This document shows positions 11,294 to 21,430 of a DNA stretch of 64,000 nt, piece by piece. The position numbers were made by a program, and so were the translations under genes. Location of the stretch: NCBI GenBank assembly GCA_965206645.1, contig CBDBKE010000004.1, positions 1,568,001-1,632,000 on the forward strand, given 5' to 3'. How positions within the stretch are numbered: the stretch's first letter is position 1; every line of letters begins with the position of its first letter. Source of the stretch: Terriglobia bacterium (GTDB taxonomy: Bacteria; Acidobacteriota; Terriglobia; JAJPHL01; JAPKYU01). Under the pieces are notes generated by a model. It was not told the origin of the DNA, did no database searches, and saw only the letters and a program-made list of their open reading frames with translations.

Positions 11294-12637
11294 ATGGCGC
11301 GACTCTACTTTTTGATCGTCTGCTTGCTGGCAGCGCCGACTGCGGCCGCTCTGGAAAAAGAGCCGCTGGAAAGGTACCAGGCCCGGCGCGCGGCCCTCTC
11401 CTCGAAACTCAATGATGGCATCACAGTCGTCTTCGCTTACGAGGAGCCGGAGGGCCCGTCGGCCACTCTCGGCTTCCGGCAGAACGAGAATTTTCACTAT
11501 TTGACCGGCATCGCTGAGCCAGGGGGCATCCTGGTACTGGTGCCGCGGCTGACGGACCGTTCTTCGCCGCACTCTGGCAAGGCAGAAAAGTTTCCCCGCG
11601 AGATTTTGTTCCTGCCACCCCGCGATCCGAAACAGGAGCGCTGGACCGGTCCTAAGCTCGGCCCCCGGGATCCGGACGTGCGCCAGCGCACCGGGTTTCA
11701 GACGGTGCTCAGCCAGAAATTCTTCGAGCAGGAGCTTCTGCGGCTGCTGCCCGCCTACGGCGTGCTCTATACAGTGCTCCCCTCAGGCCATAATAGGGGG
11801 AATCGCAGCTTTGAGCACGACCGCTCGAATCGCCTGAAGACGCTGGCGCCATTCGCCAAGATCCGCGATGCCGGGCCCGAGATTGCGCGCCTGCGTCAGG
11901 TGAAATCCAAGAGCGAACTGGCGCTGTTGGAGAAGGCCATAGACGCCTCGATGGAGGCGCACCGGGAGGCGATGCAGGCCGTGCGCTCAGGAATCTACGA
12001 ATACGAAATCGCGGCCCTGATGAAGTATGTCTTTGAGCGGCTGGGCTGCGAGCGGCCTGCCTTTGCCCCGATTGTCGGCTCCGGGTTCAACTCCACCGTA
12101 CTGCACTACAACGCCAACACGCGGCGCATGCAGGCCGGCGACCTGGTGGTTCTGGACGTGGGTGGCGAGTATGGCGGCTACGCGGCTGATATCACACGCA
12201 CACTGCCGGTCTCGGGCAAGTTCACCCGGCGGCAGCGCGAGATTTATGAAATCGTGCTCGGCGCGCAGAAGGCGGCTATCGCCGCCATCAAGCCGGGTGT
12301 GACCATCGGTCGCAAGACCCGGAACAGCATTTACAGGATCGCCTATGACTACCTGGACAGCCACGGCAAAGACCGGCGCGGGGAGCCGCTGGGCAAATAC
12401 TTCATCCACGGCGTCGGCCACCATCTGGGGTTGAACGTTCACGACCCCGGTGATGTGGGCCGGCCTCTGGAGCCGGGCATGGTCATCACCGTCGAGCCCG
12501 GCATCTACATCCCAGGGGAGAACCTGGGAGTGCGTATCGAAGACGTGGTCTTGGTCACCAAAGACGGCGCCCGCGTGCTGACCGAGGCGCTACCGCGCGA
12601 GGCCGACGCCATCGAGCGCGCCATGGCCCGACAATGA
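11294..12637 (+). CDS. pepP: Xaa-Pro aminopeptidase (M24B) with signal peptide
   Basis: FRQNENFHYLTG, DITRT, HGVGHHLGLNVHD, EPG and RIED motifs. Confidence 0.9.
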   Translation: MARLYFLIVCLLAAPTAAALEKEPLERYQARRAALSSKLNDGITVVFAYEEPEGPSATLGFRQNENFHYLTGIAEPGGILVLVPRLTDRSSPHSGKAEKFPREILFLPPRDPKQERWTGPKLGPRDPDVRQRTGFQTVLSQKFFEQELLRLLPAYGVLYTVLPSGHNRGNRSFEHDRSNRLKTLAPFAKIRDAGPEIARLRQVKSKSELALLEKAIDASMEAHREAMQAVRSGIYEYEIAALMKYVFERLGCERPAFAPIVGSGFNSTVLHYNANTRRMQAGDLVVLDVGGEYGGYAADITRTLPVSGKFTRRQREIYEIVLGAQKAAIAAIKPGVTIGRKTRNSIYRIAYDYLDSHGKDRRGEPLGKYFIHGVGHHLGLNVHDPGDVGRPLEPGMVITVEPGIYIPGENLGVRIEDVVLVTKDGARVLTEALPREADAIERAMARQ

Positions 12638-12705
12638 GGGGCAGCCCGGTTCCGGTTGGCAAAACTTAGTGGTTCCGGCTGGCTCTCAGGTTCCAGAGGG
12701 CATTC

Positions 12706-12741
12706 AAAAAACTCGGCCCCGGAGTTGCAACCTCCGGGGCC
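12706..12741 (-). terminator. Intrinsic terminator
   Basis: GGCCCCGGAG/CTCCGGGGCC 10-bp stem followed by GAG-T6 on the minus strand. Confidence 0.75.
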
Positions 12742-12846
12742 ATATCCTTATCTACTTCCCCTCCCACCGAGAGGAAAGCCATCTTATCCCACCCAATCCA
12801 GCTCCACCTCGCGGGGGCCACCAAGCAGGGCACGAGCTAATCCTGT
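12706..12846 (-). ncRNA. Candidate sigma54-dependent small RNA (~140 nt, GGA-rich)
   Basis: Lies between a -24/-12 promoter and an intrinsic terminator; no convincing ORF. Confidence 0.4.
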
Positions 12847-12856
12847 CTCCTATTTA

Positions 12857-12899
12857 AGCAATCAGGCTGCCAGCCTGGCTTTCAGTTAAGTACTTGAAA
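12857..12899 (-). promoter_or_regulatory. Sigma54 promoter with upstream IHF-like site
   Basis: TGGCAGCCTGATTGCT at 12872-12857 (correct GG-N10-GC spacing); TTTCAAGTACTTA at 12899-12887. Confidence 0.55.
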
Positions 12900-13016
12900 A
12901 TAAATTACAAAGTTGAATCTTCTCTACGGCAAGAATACAACAATCCGTAGAAGCCCGCCGACCCTCCAAATTCCCGTATTAGCTGTAGTAGCGCTCGGGG
13001 CCCAAGCTTGTCTTTG

Positions 13017-13157
13017 TCACCGGTCTGGCTCACTGGCCTGGCTCAGCCGACGACGCACTTGGTCGGTAATGATGCCGTCTTTAGTCTCCTGATCGCTGGC
13101 AACAACGGGAACGGCACAAGGCAGCAGAATCAGCAAGCAAACAAGGAGGCGCAACAT
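13017..13157 (-). pseudogene. 46-aa ORF: signal peptide plus start of a probable BON domain, truncated
   Basis: MLRLLVCLLILLPCAVPVVASDQETKDGIITDQVRRRL...; starts 2 nt after the era stop. Confidence 0.45.
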
Positions 13158-13159
13158 AA

Positions 13160-14113
13160 TTACAACGTCAACGGCCCTTCGTCGGAATCGCTTTTCTCTT
13201 CGCCCACCATACTGCGCCAGTCAATGGCCTGCAAGAACCGCGGACTTTCGCGCCAGCCGGGACGCACCTTCACGAACAGCTCCAGGTAGACCCTCAGGCC
13301 GAACAGTTTCTCAAGCTCCTCGCGGGCCCGGGTGCCGATCTTCTTCAGCTTTTCGCCGCGGGCCCCGATCATGATCCCCTTCTGGCCGGCGCGCTCGACG
13401 TAGACGGTGGCGTGAATGCGAAGCAGGCCGGGCTTCTCCTCGAAGCTGTCCACCAGCACCATCGTCGCGTAGGGCAATTCCTGGCGAGTCAGCAGGATGA
13501 CCTTTTCCCGGACGATCTCGCCAGCCAGGAAGCGAGCGGGCTGATCGGTGAGGTGGTCCGAAGGGAAGTACTGGGGACCCTCCGGCAGGGCGGCGATAAT
13601 CCGTTCAACCAGCGTCTCCAGGCCGTCGCCGGTGAGCGCGGAAGTGGGAAGGAGTTCAGCAAAATCGTGCCGCTGGCGATACTGTTCCATCAGCGGAAGC
13701 AGGATGCGCTTGTCGGGGAGCAGATCAATCTTGTTCAGTAGCAGGAAGCTGGGCTGGCCGGTCTTCTTCATCAGCTCCAAGGCGTACTGGTCGCCACGGC
13801 CGAAGGCGCGGGTGGCGTCCGCCAGTAGCAGCAGCAGATCACACCCCTGAAGCGCCTCGCGGACTTCGGCCATCATCCTCCGGTTGATCCGGCTGTCGGG
13901 TTTGTGGATGCCGGGAGTATCCAGGAAGATGATCTGCGCGTGCGGCCGGTTCACGACGCCCTGGATGCGGTTGCGTGTGGTCTGCGGCTTGTCCGTGACG
14001 ATGGCGATCTTGGAGCCGATCAGAGCGTTCAGCAGAGTGGACTTGCCAGCGTTGGGGCGGCCCAGGATCGAAATAAACCCGGAAGCAAAACGGCCCTGCG
14101 GCACCGCCTTCAT
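13160..14113 (-). CDS. era: GTPase Era
   Basis: GRPNAGKSTL, QTTR, DTPG, NKID and KH domain. Confidence 0.97.
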   Translation of the reverse strand: MKAVPQGRFASGFISILGRPNAGKSTLLNALIGSKIAIVTDKPQTTRNRIQGVVNRPHAQIIFLDTPGIHKPDSRINRRMMAEVREALQGCDLLLLLADATRAFGRGDQYALELMKKTGQPSFLLLNKIDLLPDKRILLPLMEQYRQRHDFAELLPTSALTGDGLETLVERIIAALPEGPQYFPSDHLTDQPARFLAGEIVREKVILLTRQELPYATMVLVDSFEEKPGLLRIHATVYVERAGQKGIMIGARGEKLKKIGTRAREELEKLFGLRVYLELFVKVRPGWRESPRFLQAIDWRSMVGEEKSDSDEGPLTL

Positions 14114-15396
14114 CCGGGGACCGACGACGCCTCCTCGGTGTCGGCAGGACGCATGGAAATGCGGAGGCGATCGACCTTGAGGCCATTGGCGGCCAGGACC
14201 TCAAAGCGCAGCCCGTTGTGATCGAAGACCTCGCCGGGCTGCGGCACATGGCCGGCCAGCGCATTGACCAGGCCGGCCACCGTGGCCACCTCAGCCGGCG
14301 TCTCGGGTCGCACGCCGAACAATTCCTCCAGCCGGTCGATATCTGCATGGCCAGCCAGCAGGTAAGAATTGTTTCCTTCAGCCACCACTTCGCCGGGCGT
14401 TTCGGTCTCGTCGTGAATTTCGCCCACGATCTCCTCGACCAGATCTTCCATGGTGGCCACGCCGGCCACCGAGCCATATTCGTCAATCACCACGGCCATG
14501 TGGATGTTCTGGCGCTGCATCTCACGGAACAGCTCGGCCACCGGCTTGGTTTCCGGCGCGAACAGGACCGGACGGAGCCGCTCGCCGGCTCGCATGCGCT
14601 TCAGCTCCGGGTCCTCCAGTTGGATGAACTCCCGGGTGTAGACGAAACCCTCGATGTTGTCCAGGTCGCCGGAGTACACCGGAACGCGGGAGTAGTGCTT
14701 GGTCTCGATCGTCCGAAGCAAGTCCTCCAGCGTGACGTTCTTTTCCACCGCTACAATGTTCGGGCGCGCTGTCATTGCCTCACGCACAGTCTTGTCGCCG
14801 AACTCCACCACCGACTGAATCAGCCGCCGGTCCCCTTTCTCGATCAGCCCCTGTTCTTCGCCGCGTTCGATCAGCGCTTCAATGTTTTTCTCGTTGCTCT
14901 TGGGATTCTCCTGCTCGGCTCCCGGCTCGGCGCCCAGCGCGGCCATGGAGAAAGAAAAGGAAAGCACGGCCACCACCGGAGTGGCCAGCAGAGCCGAAAG
15001 CCGCAGCAGGCGGGTGAAGCCCACCAGCCACTCGCCACTGGTGCGGGTGATCAGCACGTGCGGGACCAGATGAGCGAACACCACCACGGTCACTACCAGA
15101 AGGATGGCCGTCTGCAGAGCGGTTGCCCAGTTGAGGGTAGCTCGAGCAAAGGCCAGATAGCCGCCCAGCACGGCTAGCGCCAGGATCATCATCTGGGCCA
15201 GCAGAGCGAACGTCAGGCCGGCACGGACGCGGTCCAGCTTCAGCGAGGGTTCGACCTTGCGCTCAAACATCTCGATGTTGTCCTCGACGCCAACCAGGAA
15301 GAACTTGCCCATTTCTGTATAGAGGCGGTCCACGTAGGCAAACAGGGTGAGCAGCGCGATGCTCAGCACAATCAGGATGGCGGCCAGCAGAATCAT
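14110..15396 (-). CDS. HlyC/CorC family hemolysin-like transporter-associated protein
   Basis: N-terminal TM helices, CBS pair (YSRVPVY, VIDEYG, EDLVEEIVGEI) and CorC C-terminus. Confidence 0.9.
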   Translation of the reverse strand: MILLAAILIVLSIALLTLFAYVDRLYTEMGKFFLVGVEDNIEMFERKVEPSLKLDRVRAGLTFALLAQMMILALAVLGGYLAFARATLNWATALQTAILLVVTVVVFAHLVPHVLITRTSGEWLVGFTRLLRLSALLATPVVAVLSFSFSMAALGAEPGAEQENPKSNEKNIEALIERGEEQGLIEKGDRRLIQSVVEFGDKTVREAMTARPNIVAVEKNVTLEDLLRTIETKHYSRVPVYSGDLDNIEGFVYTREFIQLEDPELKRMRAGERLRPVLFAPETKPVAELFREMQRQNIHMAVVIDEYGSVAGVATMEDLVEEIVGEIHDETETPGEVVAEGNNSYLLAGHADIDRLEELFGVRPETPAEVATVAGLVNALAGHVPQPGEVFDHNGLRFEVLAANGLKVDRLRISMRPADTEEASSVPG

Positions 15397-15872
15397 TGGT
15401 GGACCCGTTCCATCAAACCCTGAGGGAGGGCCAACCGCTTACGCCAGCGCCGCTCGGCACGCGCCATCCGGGCGGCATCCCGAGGCCCCTCGTGGTCAAA
15501 GCCCAGCAGATGAAGCAGGCCATGCAGCAGCAGGATTCGGATTTCAGTCTCCACGGAATGGCCTAGGCGTCGCGCCTGCTGCCGGGCGGTTTCAACCGAA
15601 ACCAGCAAGTCGCCGGCCCGCCCGTCGGCTCCATCCGGAAACGACAGCACGTCGGTCGGCTGGTTCAGGCCTCGGAAGCGCTTCTGGTACCGCCGCATGA
15701 CCGCATCCGAAACCAGACACACGCTGACGGGACTCCCGGCAGCTACCTCCCGCTGCAAACGCCGCAGGAAATCCTGCAGTGGGAGAATGGAAAGCTTCAC
15801 GCGGCGTTGCCGGTTCAGCAGCGTGGGTCCGTTGTCACTGTCGGAGGGAGTTTCTGGCGCTGGCGCTGTCAT
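15393..15872 (-). CDS. ybeY: rRNA maturation RNase YbeY
   Basis: PTDVLSF and HGLLHLLGFDH motifs. Confidence 0.95.
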   Translation of the reverse strand: MTAPAPETPSDSDNGPTLLNRQRRVKLSILPLQDFLRRLQREVAAGSPVSVCLVSDAVMRRYQKRFRGLNQPTDVLSFPDGADGRAGDLLVSVETARQQARRLGHSVETEIRILLLHGLLHLLGFDHEGPRDAARMARAERRWRKRLALPQGLMERVHQ

Positions 15873-15894
15873 GCTGTTGGCGGTGGGCTGGTGG

Positions 15895-16947
15895 CTACTC
15901 TGAAGTGGACTCGTTGGACACGACTCCCGGCGGTCGATCTCCGTTCGGCCCCTCTACCGGCGTCCCATCCCGGACCGTGCCGCCACCATTGACAACGGCG
16001 GCGGTTTGCGTCGCGTAGCTCTCGTACGCCTTGATGATCTGCTGCACCAGCGTGTGGCGCACGACATCCCTTTCGTTGAAGTAGACGAAGGCGATCCCCT
16101 TGATTCCCGACACCACGTCAATGGCTTCCAGCAGGCCGCTCCGCTTGCTGGCCGGCAGGTCAATTTGTGTGATATCGCCCGTGATCACCGCCTTGGAATC
16201 AAACCCGAGGCGGGTGAGGAACATCTTCATCTGCTCGCTGGTGGTATTCTGCGCCTCGTCCAGGATCACGAAACTGTGGTTCAGCGTACGCCCGCGCATG
16301 AAGGCCAGCGGCGCAATCTCGATCGTGTCCCGGTCCAGGTAGCGGTCCACCTTTTCGGTGTCCATCATGTCATAGAGGGCGTCATAGAGGGGCCGCAGAT
16401 AGGGATCCACTTTCTCCTGCACGGTGCCCGGTAGAAAGCCCAGCCGCTCGCCCGCCTCGATCGCCGGGCGGGCCAGGATGATGCGGTTCACCTTCTTGCT
16501 CATTAGCGCGCTGATGGCCATGGCCACTGCCAGATAGGTCTTGCCCGTGCCTCCTGGCCCGATACCAAAGACCATGTCATTGTCCTCGATGGCCTCCATG
16601 TAGCGCTGCTGGTTCAGGCTCTTGGGTTGAATCGGTTTCTTGCCAAAGTGGCGCTGCCGCCCGCTGTGCACCAAGCCGAGGAGTGTACTGGAGGGGTCTT
16701 CCAGCAACACCCGCAGGTAGTCATACAAGGCTCCATTGTTGAACAGGTGCCCTTCTCGCAACAATCGGTTGTAATCTTGCACAATTTGGGTGGCGCGATC
16801 CACATTGGCCGCTTCGCCTTCGATTTCCAGACAGTCGTCCCGGAGGGCGGTATTGACTCGCAATGCGGTTTCCAACAGGCGGATGTTCTCGTCGCGGGTA
16901 CCGAACAACCATTCGATTCCGCGATCGATCTTGACGCTGGCCTTCAT
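15895..16947 (-). CDS. phoH: PhoH family ATPase (YbeZ-like)
   Basis: [20 protein letters not shown] and DEAQN motifs. Confidence 0.95.
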   Translation of the reverse strand: MKASVKIDRGIEWLFGTRDENIRLLETALRVNTALRDDCLEIEGEAANVDRATQIVQDYNRLLREGHLFNNGALYDYLRVLLEDPSSTLLGLVHSGRQRHFGKKPIQPKSLNQQRYMEAIEDNDMVFGIGPGGTGKTYLAVAMAISALMSKKVNRIILARPAIEAGERLGFLPGTVQEKVDPYLRPLYDALYDMMDTEKVDRYLDRDTIEIAPLAFMRGRTLNHSFVILDEAQNTTSEQMKMFLTRLGFDSKAVITGDITQIDLPASKRSGLLEAIDVVSGIKGIAFVYFNERDVVRHTLVQQIIKAYESYATQTAAVVNGGGTVRDGTPVEGPNGDRPPGVVSNESTSE

Positions 16948-17042
16948 CTAGTCGGGCTTCTCTACCTCCCTAAGACAAAAATGCCCCTTTCGGGGCTAAA
17001 GCAGAACCGGTTCTAGTTCACCTCCATAAGAAGGTCATTCAC

Positions 17043-17071
17043 AGGATAGCAAAGCATATGAACTTAGTCAA
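17043..17071 (-). promoter_or_regulatory. Sigma70 promoter of the phoH-ybeY-hlyC-era operon
   Basis: TTGACT-N17-TATCCT with extended TG. Confidence 0.65.
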
Positions 17072-17258
17072 TTGGCAATAACTACTTGTATTTAAATTGG
17101 TTATCACTAGGCAGATGACCTCTGCTCTGGAAGGCCTTCTGGCGAGCGGGCCGGCCACTGAGCAAAACACTTCTAAGATGAACCCCAGCCGTCGGAGATA
17201 TCGTAGCTCTTCGCCTTGGTCATCCGGCCGATCTCTCCTCGCCAAGCATCGGGCCCCC

Positions 17259-18767
17259 TCAGGAAGCCGAGGCGGGCACCGTGGTGTTAGCGCGGACGGC
17301 ACGGCCCCGCGCCCAGTGTCGCAAAGCGTCCACCTCCTCTCGCCGAGTCACGGAGAGCGGCATGGTATTGCCCAGTTCGCCAAGCACGATCTCGGTGCTC
17401 AATTCTTGCCTGTCCGCGTAAGCGCTGAAGAGGGCACCTTTCACCGCTTGCTCGATTTCGGCGCCGCTGAACCCCTCCGAGGCACCCGCCAGTGCCTCCA
17501 GATCAAATGCCGCCGGGTTGCGACCCTTACGCTTCAGGTGCACCCGAAAGATCTGTTGGCGCTCTTTCGGGCCGGACAAATCCACGAAGAAGATTTCATC
17601 GAATCGTCCTTTGCGGACCAGTTCCGGGGGCAGCACAGTGATGTCATTCGAGGTGGCAACCACAAAGACCGGCGCCTTGCGTTCCTGCAGCCAGGAGAGG
17701 AACGATCTCAGAATTCGGTTGGAAACTCCGCCGTCGGTGGCAGCCGCTCCAGACGAGGCGGCAAAGCCTTTCTCAATCTCGTCGATCCACAAGACGGCCG
17801 GGGCCAACTCGCCCGAGATGTCCAGGGCTTGCCGCAGGCGTCTCTCCGATTCCCCAACGTACTTGTTATACAGGCTGCCCGCGTTCAGTTTCAGAAGCGG
17901 TAGCCGCCATTCCCGCGCCACCGCCTTGGCGCACAGGCTCTTACCACAGCCCTGGACACCGGTGATCAGGATACCGCGTGGCGGGTCCAGGCCAAATTCG
18001 GCCGCCTCGCGCGTATAAGCCCCATGCCTTTTCTTCAACCAGCTCTTCAAGTTGGCCAACCCGCCCATGCTCTGGAAGTCATCGCTGGGCTCCACAAATT
18101 CCAGCACGCCCTGGTGGGAGATGATCTCCTTCTTCTTGGCCAGAACCGCGTCCAGGCAGCGCTCATCCACCCCGCCGTGTTCCAGCATGGCCGTGGTCAG
18201 GACCCGCTCGGCTTCGTTCAGAGTCAGCCCGCGCAGGCCGGCCGCCAGCCGATCCAGGCCCGCTTTATCCAGATCCCTGCGGAGAGTGTAGGACGCCTTC
18301 AGACGGCGAAAGGTGAGCTCGGTGAGCCGCTTCAGCTGCGCACTGTCAGGCACATCCAGGCGGAAGATAACCACATCTTTCTGCAACTCCACCGGCACCT
18401 ACAGCACCGGTGCCGAAATCAGTACCGACCGCCGAGTGCGACGGAACTGGTCGCATAGGTCGCGCAACTTGCGCAGGACCACGTCCTGCTCCAGGTAGGG
18501 GTGAAAATCTTCCAGCAGGTAGAGGGCGTCCACCGACACGTTCCCGATGTGATTCAAAGCGGCCATGGGTTCGCAAGTGCGGAAGATGGCGTTGGGCAGC
18601 CCGGCCCGCTGCAAACCAGTGGTCACCGTCCAGAAGAAGAGAGGAATCTGGAGGTCTACCGCCAGCGCCTCGAGCATCGCTTCCACTCGCTCTTCTTCCC
18701 AGGTCTCGATGTAGATCAGGGGAGTTTCCGAGTTGATCAGCAGCGTGAGTTCTCTGGCCTTGTTCAT
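17259..18767 (-). pseudogene. Ycf46-like AAA+ ATPase interrupted by an in-frame TAG at 18399-18401
   Basis: Two abutting same-frame ORFs (...SAPVL*VPVELQ...); Walker A GVQGCGKS, Walker B WIDEIEK, RKGRFD. Confidence 0.8.
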
Positions 18768-18831
18768 CCGGTGGAAGATCATTTTATATCGGGCGGGGGA
18801 ACACTCCAAAGACCCAAAAGGACGGAACCGC

Positions 18832-18853
18832 TTTGACAGTTGTGACTGTCAAA
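18832..18853. promoter_or_regulatory. Palindromic operator-like site
   Basis: TTTGACAGT-TGTG-ACTGTCAAA, perfect 9-4-9 inverted repeat in a divergent intergenic region. Confidence 0.45.
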
Positions 18854-18910
18854 TTGGATGCGCATAAAATGACTGTCTATGCTAACCTCCAAGGAGCAAA
18901 CAGGAGAATC

Positions 18911-19192
18911 ATGGCCAATCATTTCTCGGCGCTGAAAAGAATGCGCCAGAGCCGGAAGCGAGCCGAAGCCAACAAGGCCCGTCGCACCCGCCTTCGTCAT
19001 GAGCTGCGGGAACTGCGTCGGGCGATCCGCGCCGGAGACCTCCAGAAGGCCCAAACTCTGTTAGGTCCTGCCGCTTCGGTCATCGACAAGTCCCTGAAGA
19101 AAGGGATCATCAAGGAGAGGACGGCCGGCCGCTTTAAATCACGGCTGATGGCCCGCCTCGCCGCTCTGAAGAAGAGCGCCGCAGCCGCCTAA
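18911..19192 (+). CDS. rpsT: 30S ribosomal protein S20
   Basis: MANHFSALKRMRQ...KGIIKERTAGRFKSRL with AGGAG RBS. Confidence 0.95.
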   Translation: MANHFSALKRMRQSRKRAEANKARRTRLRHELRELRRAIRAGDLQKAQTLLGPAASVIDKSLKKGIIKERTAGRFKSRLMARLAALKKSAAAA

Positions 19193-19279
19193 AGCCCCAC
19201 AGTTCCAAGCGGACCCGGAGTTTCAAGCAGACCCACGGTTCCGCGCTGGATTGCTCAAGTGGGGGCGCAACAGGCGGCG

Positions 19280-20254
19280 CTACCAATCAAGATTGGCGTC
19301 CCAGAGGGGAGCCGGGGGCTTCCGGATCAGGACCCTGTGCAGGAGTTGCGCAGCTAACTCGAACCCCTCCTCCGGATCAATCAGCGGATCCTCGTGCTCG
19401 ATGGACAGCACGTCATCATAGCCCACCTGGCGCAGGGTGCTGACGAAGGCGCGCCAGAACTCTTCCGGGTGTCCATAGCCGACGGTGCGGAAAATCCAAC
19501 TGCGGTTCTTTGTGTCCTGAAACGTCTTGGCATCGAGGATCCCGTTGACGCGCACGTTATGCGGGTCCGGTAGGCTGTCTTTCGCGTGGGCATGGTAGAT
19601 GACCTCGCCCAGGGTCCGGATCACTTCCAGGATATCCATGCCCTGCCAAAACAGGTGGGACGGGTCGAGGTTGCATCCGATGACCGGACCCACCGCATCT
19701 CGCAAGCGGAGCAGCGCTTCGGGATTGAACACTATGTCACCCGGGTGCATTTCAAAGCACAGCTGGATCCCGTGGTCCGAGGCAATTTTTCCATGCTCCT
19801 TCCAATACGGGATCAGCCGCTTCTCCCACTGCCACTCATACCTCTCCATCAGCCGCGGCGGAAAGGGAAAGAGAATCCAGTTGGGGACCTTGTCCCCGGG
19901 GGCCGCCTCCGGCACGCCGGACAGCAACGTCAGCCGGGTGACTCTGATTTTCTCAGCCAGTGCGCAGGTCGCGCGAAAGTCGCGGTCGTAAGCTTCCGAA
20001 ATCTTAGGGTCAGGATGAAGCGGCTCTCCGTGCATCGCAAAGGCACTGATCTTCAGCTCGGCGTCGGCCAGAATGGCCTGAAACTCCTCCAGCGCGCGCG
20101 AATTGGCCAGCAACTGCGCCGGGTGGCAATGGTTCTTCGGGAAGAAACCTCCGGTGCCGATTTCTATTGCTTGCAATCCCAGCGCGTGCATCTTCTTGGC
20201 GGCTTCCGGTAGCGGCTGGTTTACAAAGACGGTGGTAATGGCTCCTAGATGCAT
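19280..20254 (-). CDS. Sugar phosphate isomerase/epimerase (xylose isomerase-like TIM barrel)
   Basis: FEMHPG, DPSHLFWQG, HAHAKD and SIEHED motifs. Confidence 0.9.
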   Translation of the reverse strand: MHLGAITTVFVNQPLPEAAKKMHALGLQAIEIGTGGFFPKNHCHPAQLLANSRALEEFQAILADAELKISAFAMHGEPLHPDPKISEAYDRDFRATCALAEKIRVTRLTLLSGVPEAAPGDKVPNWILFPFPPRLMERYEWQWEKRLIPYWKEHGKIASDHGIQLCFEMHPGDIVFNPEALLRLRDAVGPVIGCNLDPSHLFWQGMDILEVIRTLGEVIYHAHAKDSLPDPHNVRVNGILDAKTFQDTKNRSWIFRTVGYGHPEEFWRAFVSTLRQVGYDDVLSIEHEDPLIDPEEGFELAAQLLHRVLIRKPPAPLWDANLDW

Positions 20255-20344
20255 GGCAGTCTCTCCTCCCGACCAAACCGCGAACAGAGTTTTCCTTTGG
20301 TCCTAGCAGCCTGCGGAGGACCCCTTTGTACGACACTTGCAGGA

Positions 20345-21430
20345 TTACCGTTCTTGGGCCAGATCCATGACTAGGCGTTCCAAAATGACGTGCTCATCGG
20401 GCGGCGAGAAGCGCAGGGCTACGTCCGCTTCAAACAGCTTTTCCAGTGCCCCGGTCAATTCTGCCACCGTAAACTTGCGTGCTTGCTCGCGCACCTTGGG
20501 ATGGACCCACTCCCGGGCTCCCTCCTTGCACTTCAGCAACTTCCGCACGTGACCGGCGATCAAGGCAGCCACCAGCAGCGGCGAGGTGTTCCGGCGCAGC
20601 ATCACCTGCACCAGGCGCAGTGCGCCGGCGATATCGCGTTCTCCGATGGCGTCGGAAATTTCCCACAGCGTAAAACTGCTTTCGGCCGGCACCACTGCCT
20701 GCACCTGCGCGGAAGAAATCCGGCCGCTACCGGCGGCGCACAGCATGAGTTTTTCCAGCTCCAGAACCGCACGGGCCAAGTCACCGGTGCAGGCTTCGGC
20801 CAATTCTCTGGCGGTATCCTGCTGTAAGACAATGTTGTTGCGCCTAGCTTCCTCGATCAAGTAGCGGGCGGCTTGCCCAGTGGAAGACCTCTCCAGCCGC
20901 AACGATGGTACCGGGAGCAGCTTCTCGAGCCGCTCGGCCTTGCGCGCAGCGTCCCGGTCGCTCAAATCCAGCGAAGTTGCCTCGAACACCACCACGCTGC
21001 CCGGCAGGGGGCGCGCGAAATAGTCGGCAACCGCAGCCGCAGAATGCCGGGCTGCCGTCGCGGGCTCATCGGATGTGTCCTCCTCACCCTCCTCGGGCAG
21101 GCCGGCAGCTGGCGCCTCCGGGCGCAGCGGCCTCCCCTGCTGCTTTCGCTTGGCGAGTAGAGCTTCTGCATTGCGCAACCATAACAGGCGCCGGCTGGCA
21201 AATAGGCCTGGCGAGGCGGCGTCCTCAAGAGCATTGTGCACAGGCACTTGGACCAGATCGTGTTCTACTAGTTCCCCCCCTGGCTCCCCGCCCGGGTCCT
21301 CGAGGAAAAATTTTCGCAGGGCTTCCCGAACCCGGTCGCGAAAGAACAGCTCTCTGCCGACCAGCAGATAGCCGGGGGAAAACTTGCCCCCGGCGGCCCC
21401 CTTCAGGAACTCAGCCAGAGACAGGCCCAT
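20345..21430 (-). CDS. holA: DNA polymerase III delta subunit
   Basis: YLLVGRELF, GLFASRRLLW and ELEKL motifs; follows lptE. Confidence 0.85.
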   Translation of the reverse strand: MGLSLAEFLKGAAGGKFSPGYLLVGRELFFRDRVREALRKFFLEDPGGEPGGELVEHDLVQVPVHNALEDAASPGLFASRRLLWLRNAEALLAKRKQQGRPLRPEAPAAGLPEEGEEDTSDEPATAARHSAAAVADYFARPLPGSVVVFEATSLDLSDRDAARKAERLEKLLPVPSLRLERSSTGQAARYLIEEARRNNIVLQQDTARELAEACTGDLARAVLELEKLMLCAAGSGRISSAQVQAVVPAESSFTLWEISDAIGERDIAGALRLVQVMLRRNTSPLLVAALIAGHVRKLLKCKEGAREWVHPKVREQARKFTVAELTGALEKLFEADVALRFSPPDEHVILERLVMDLAQER

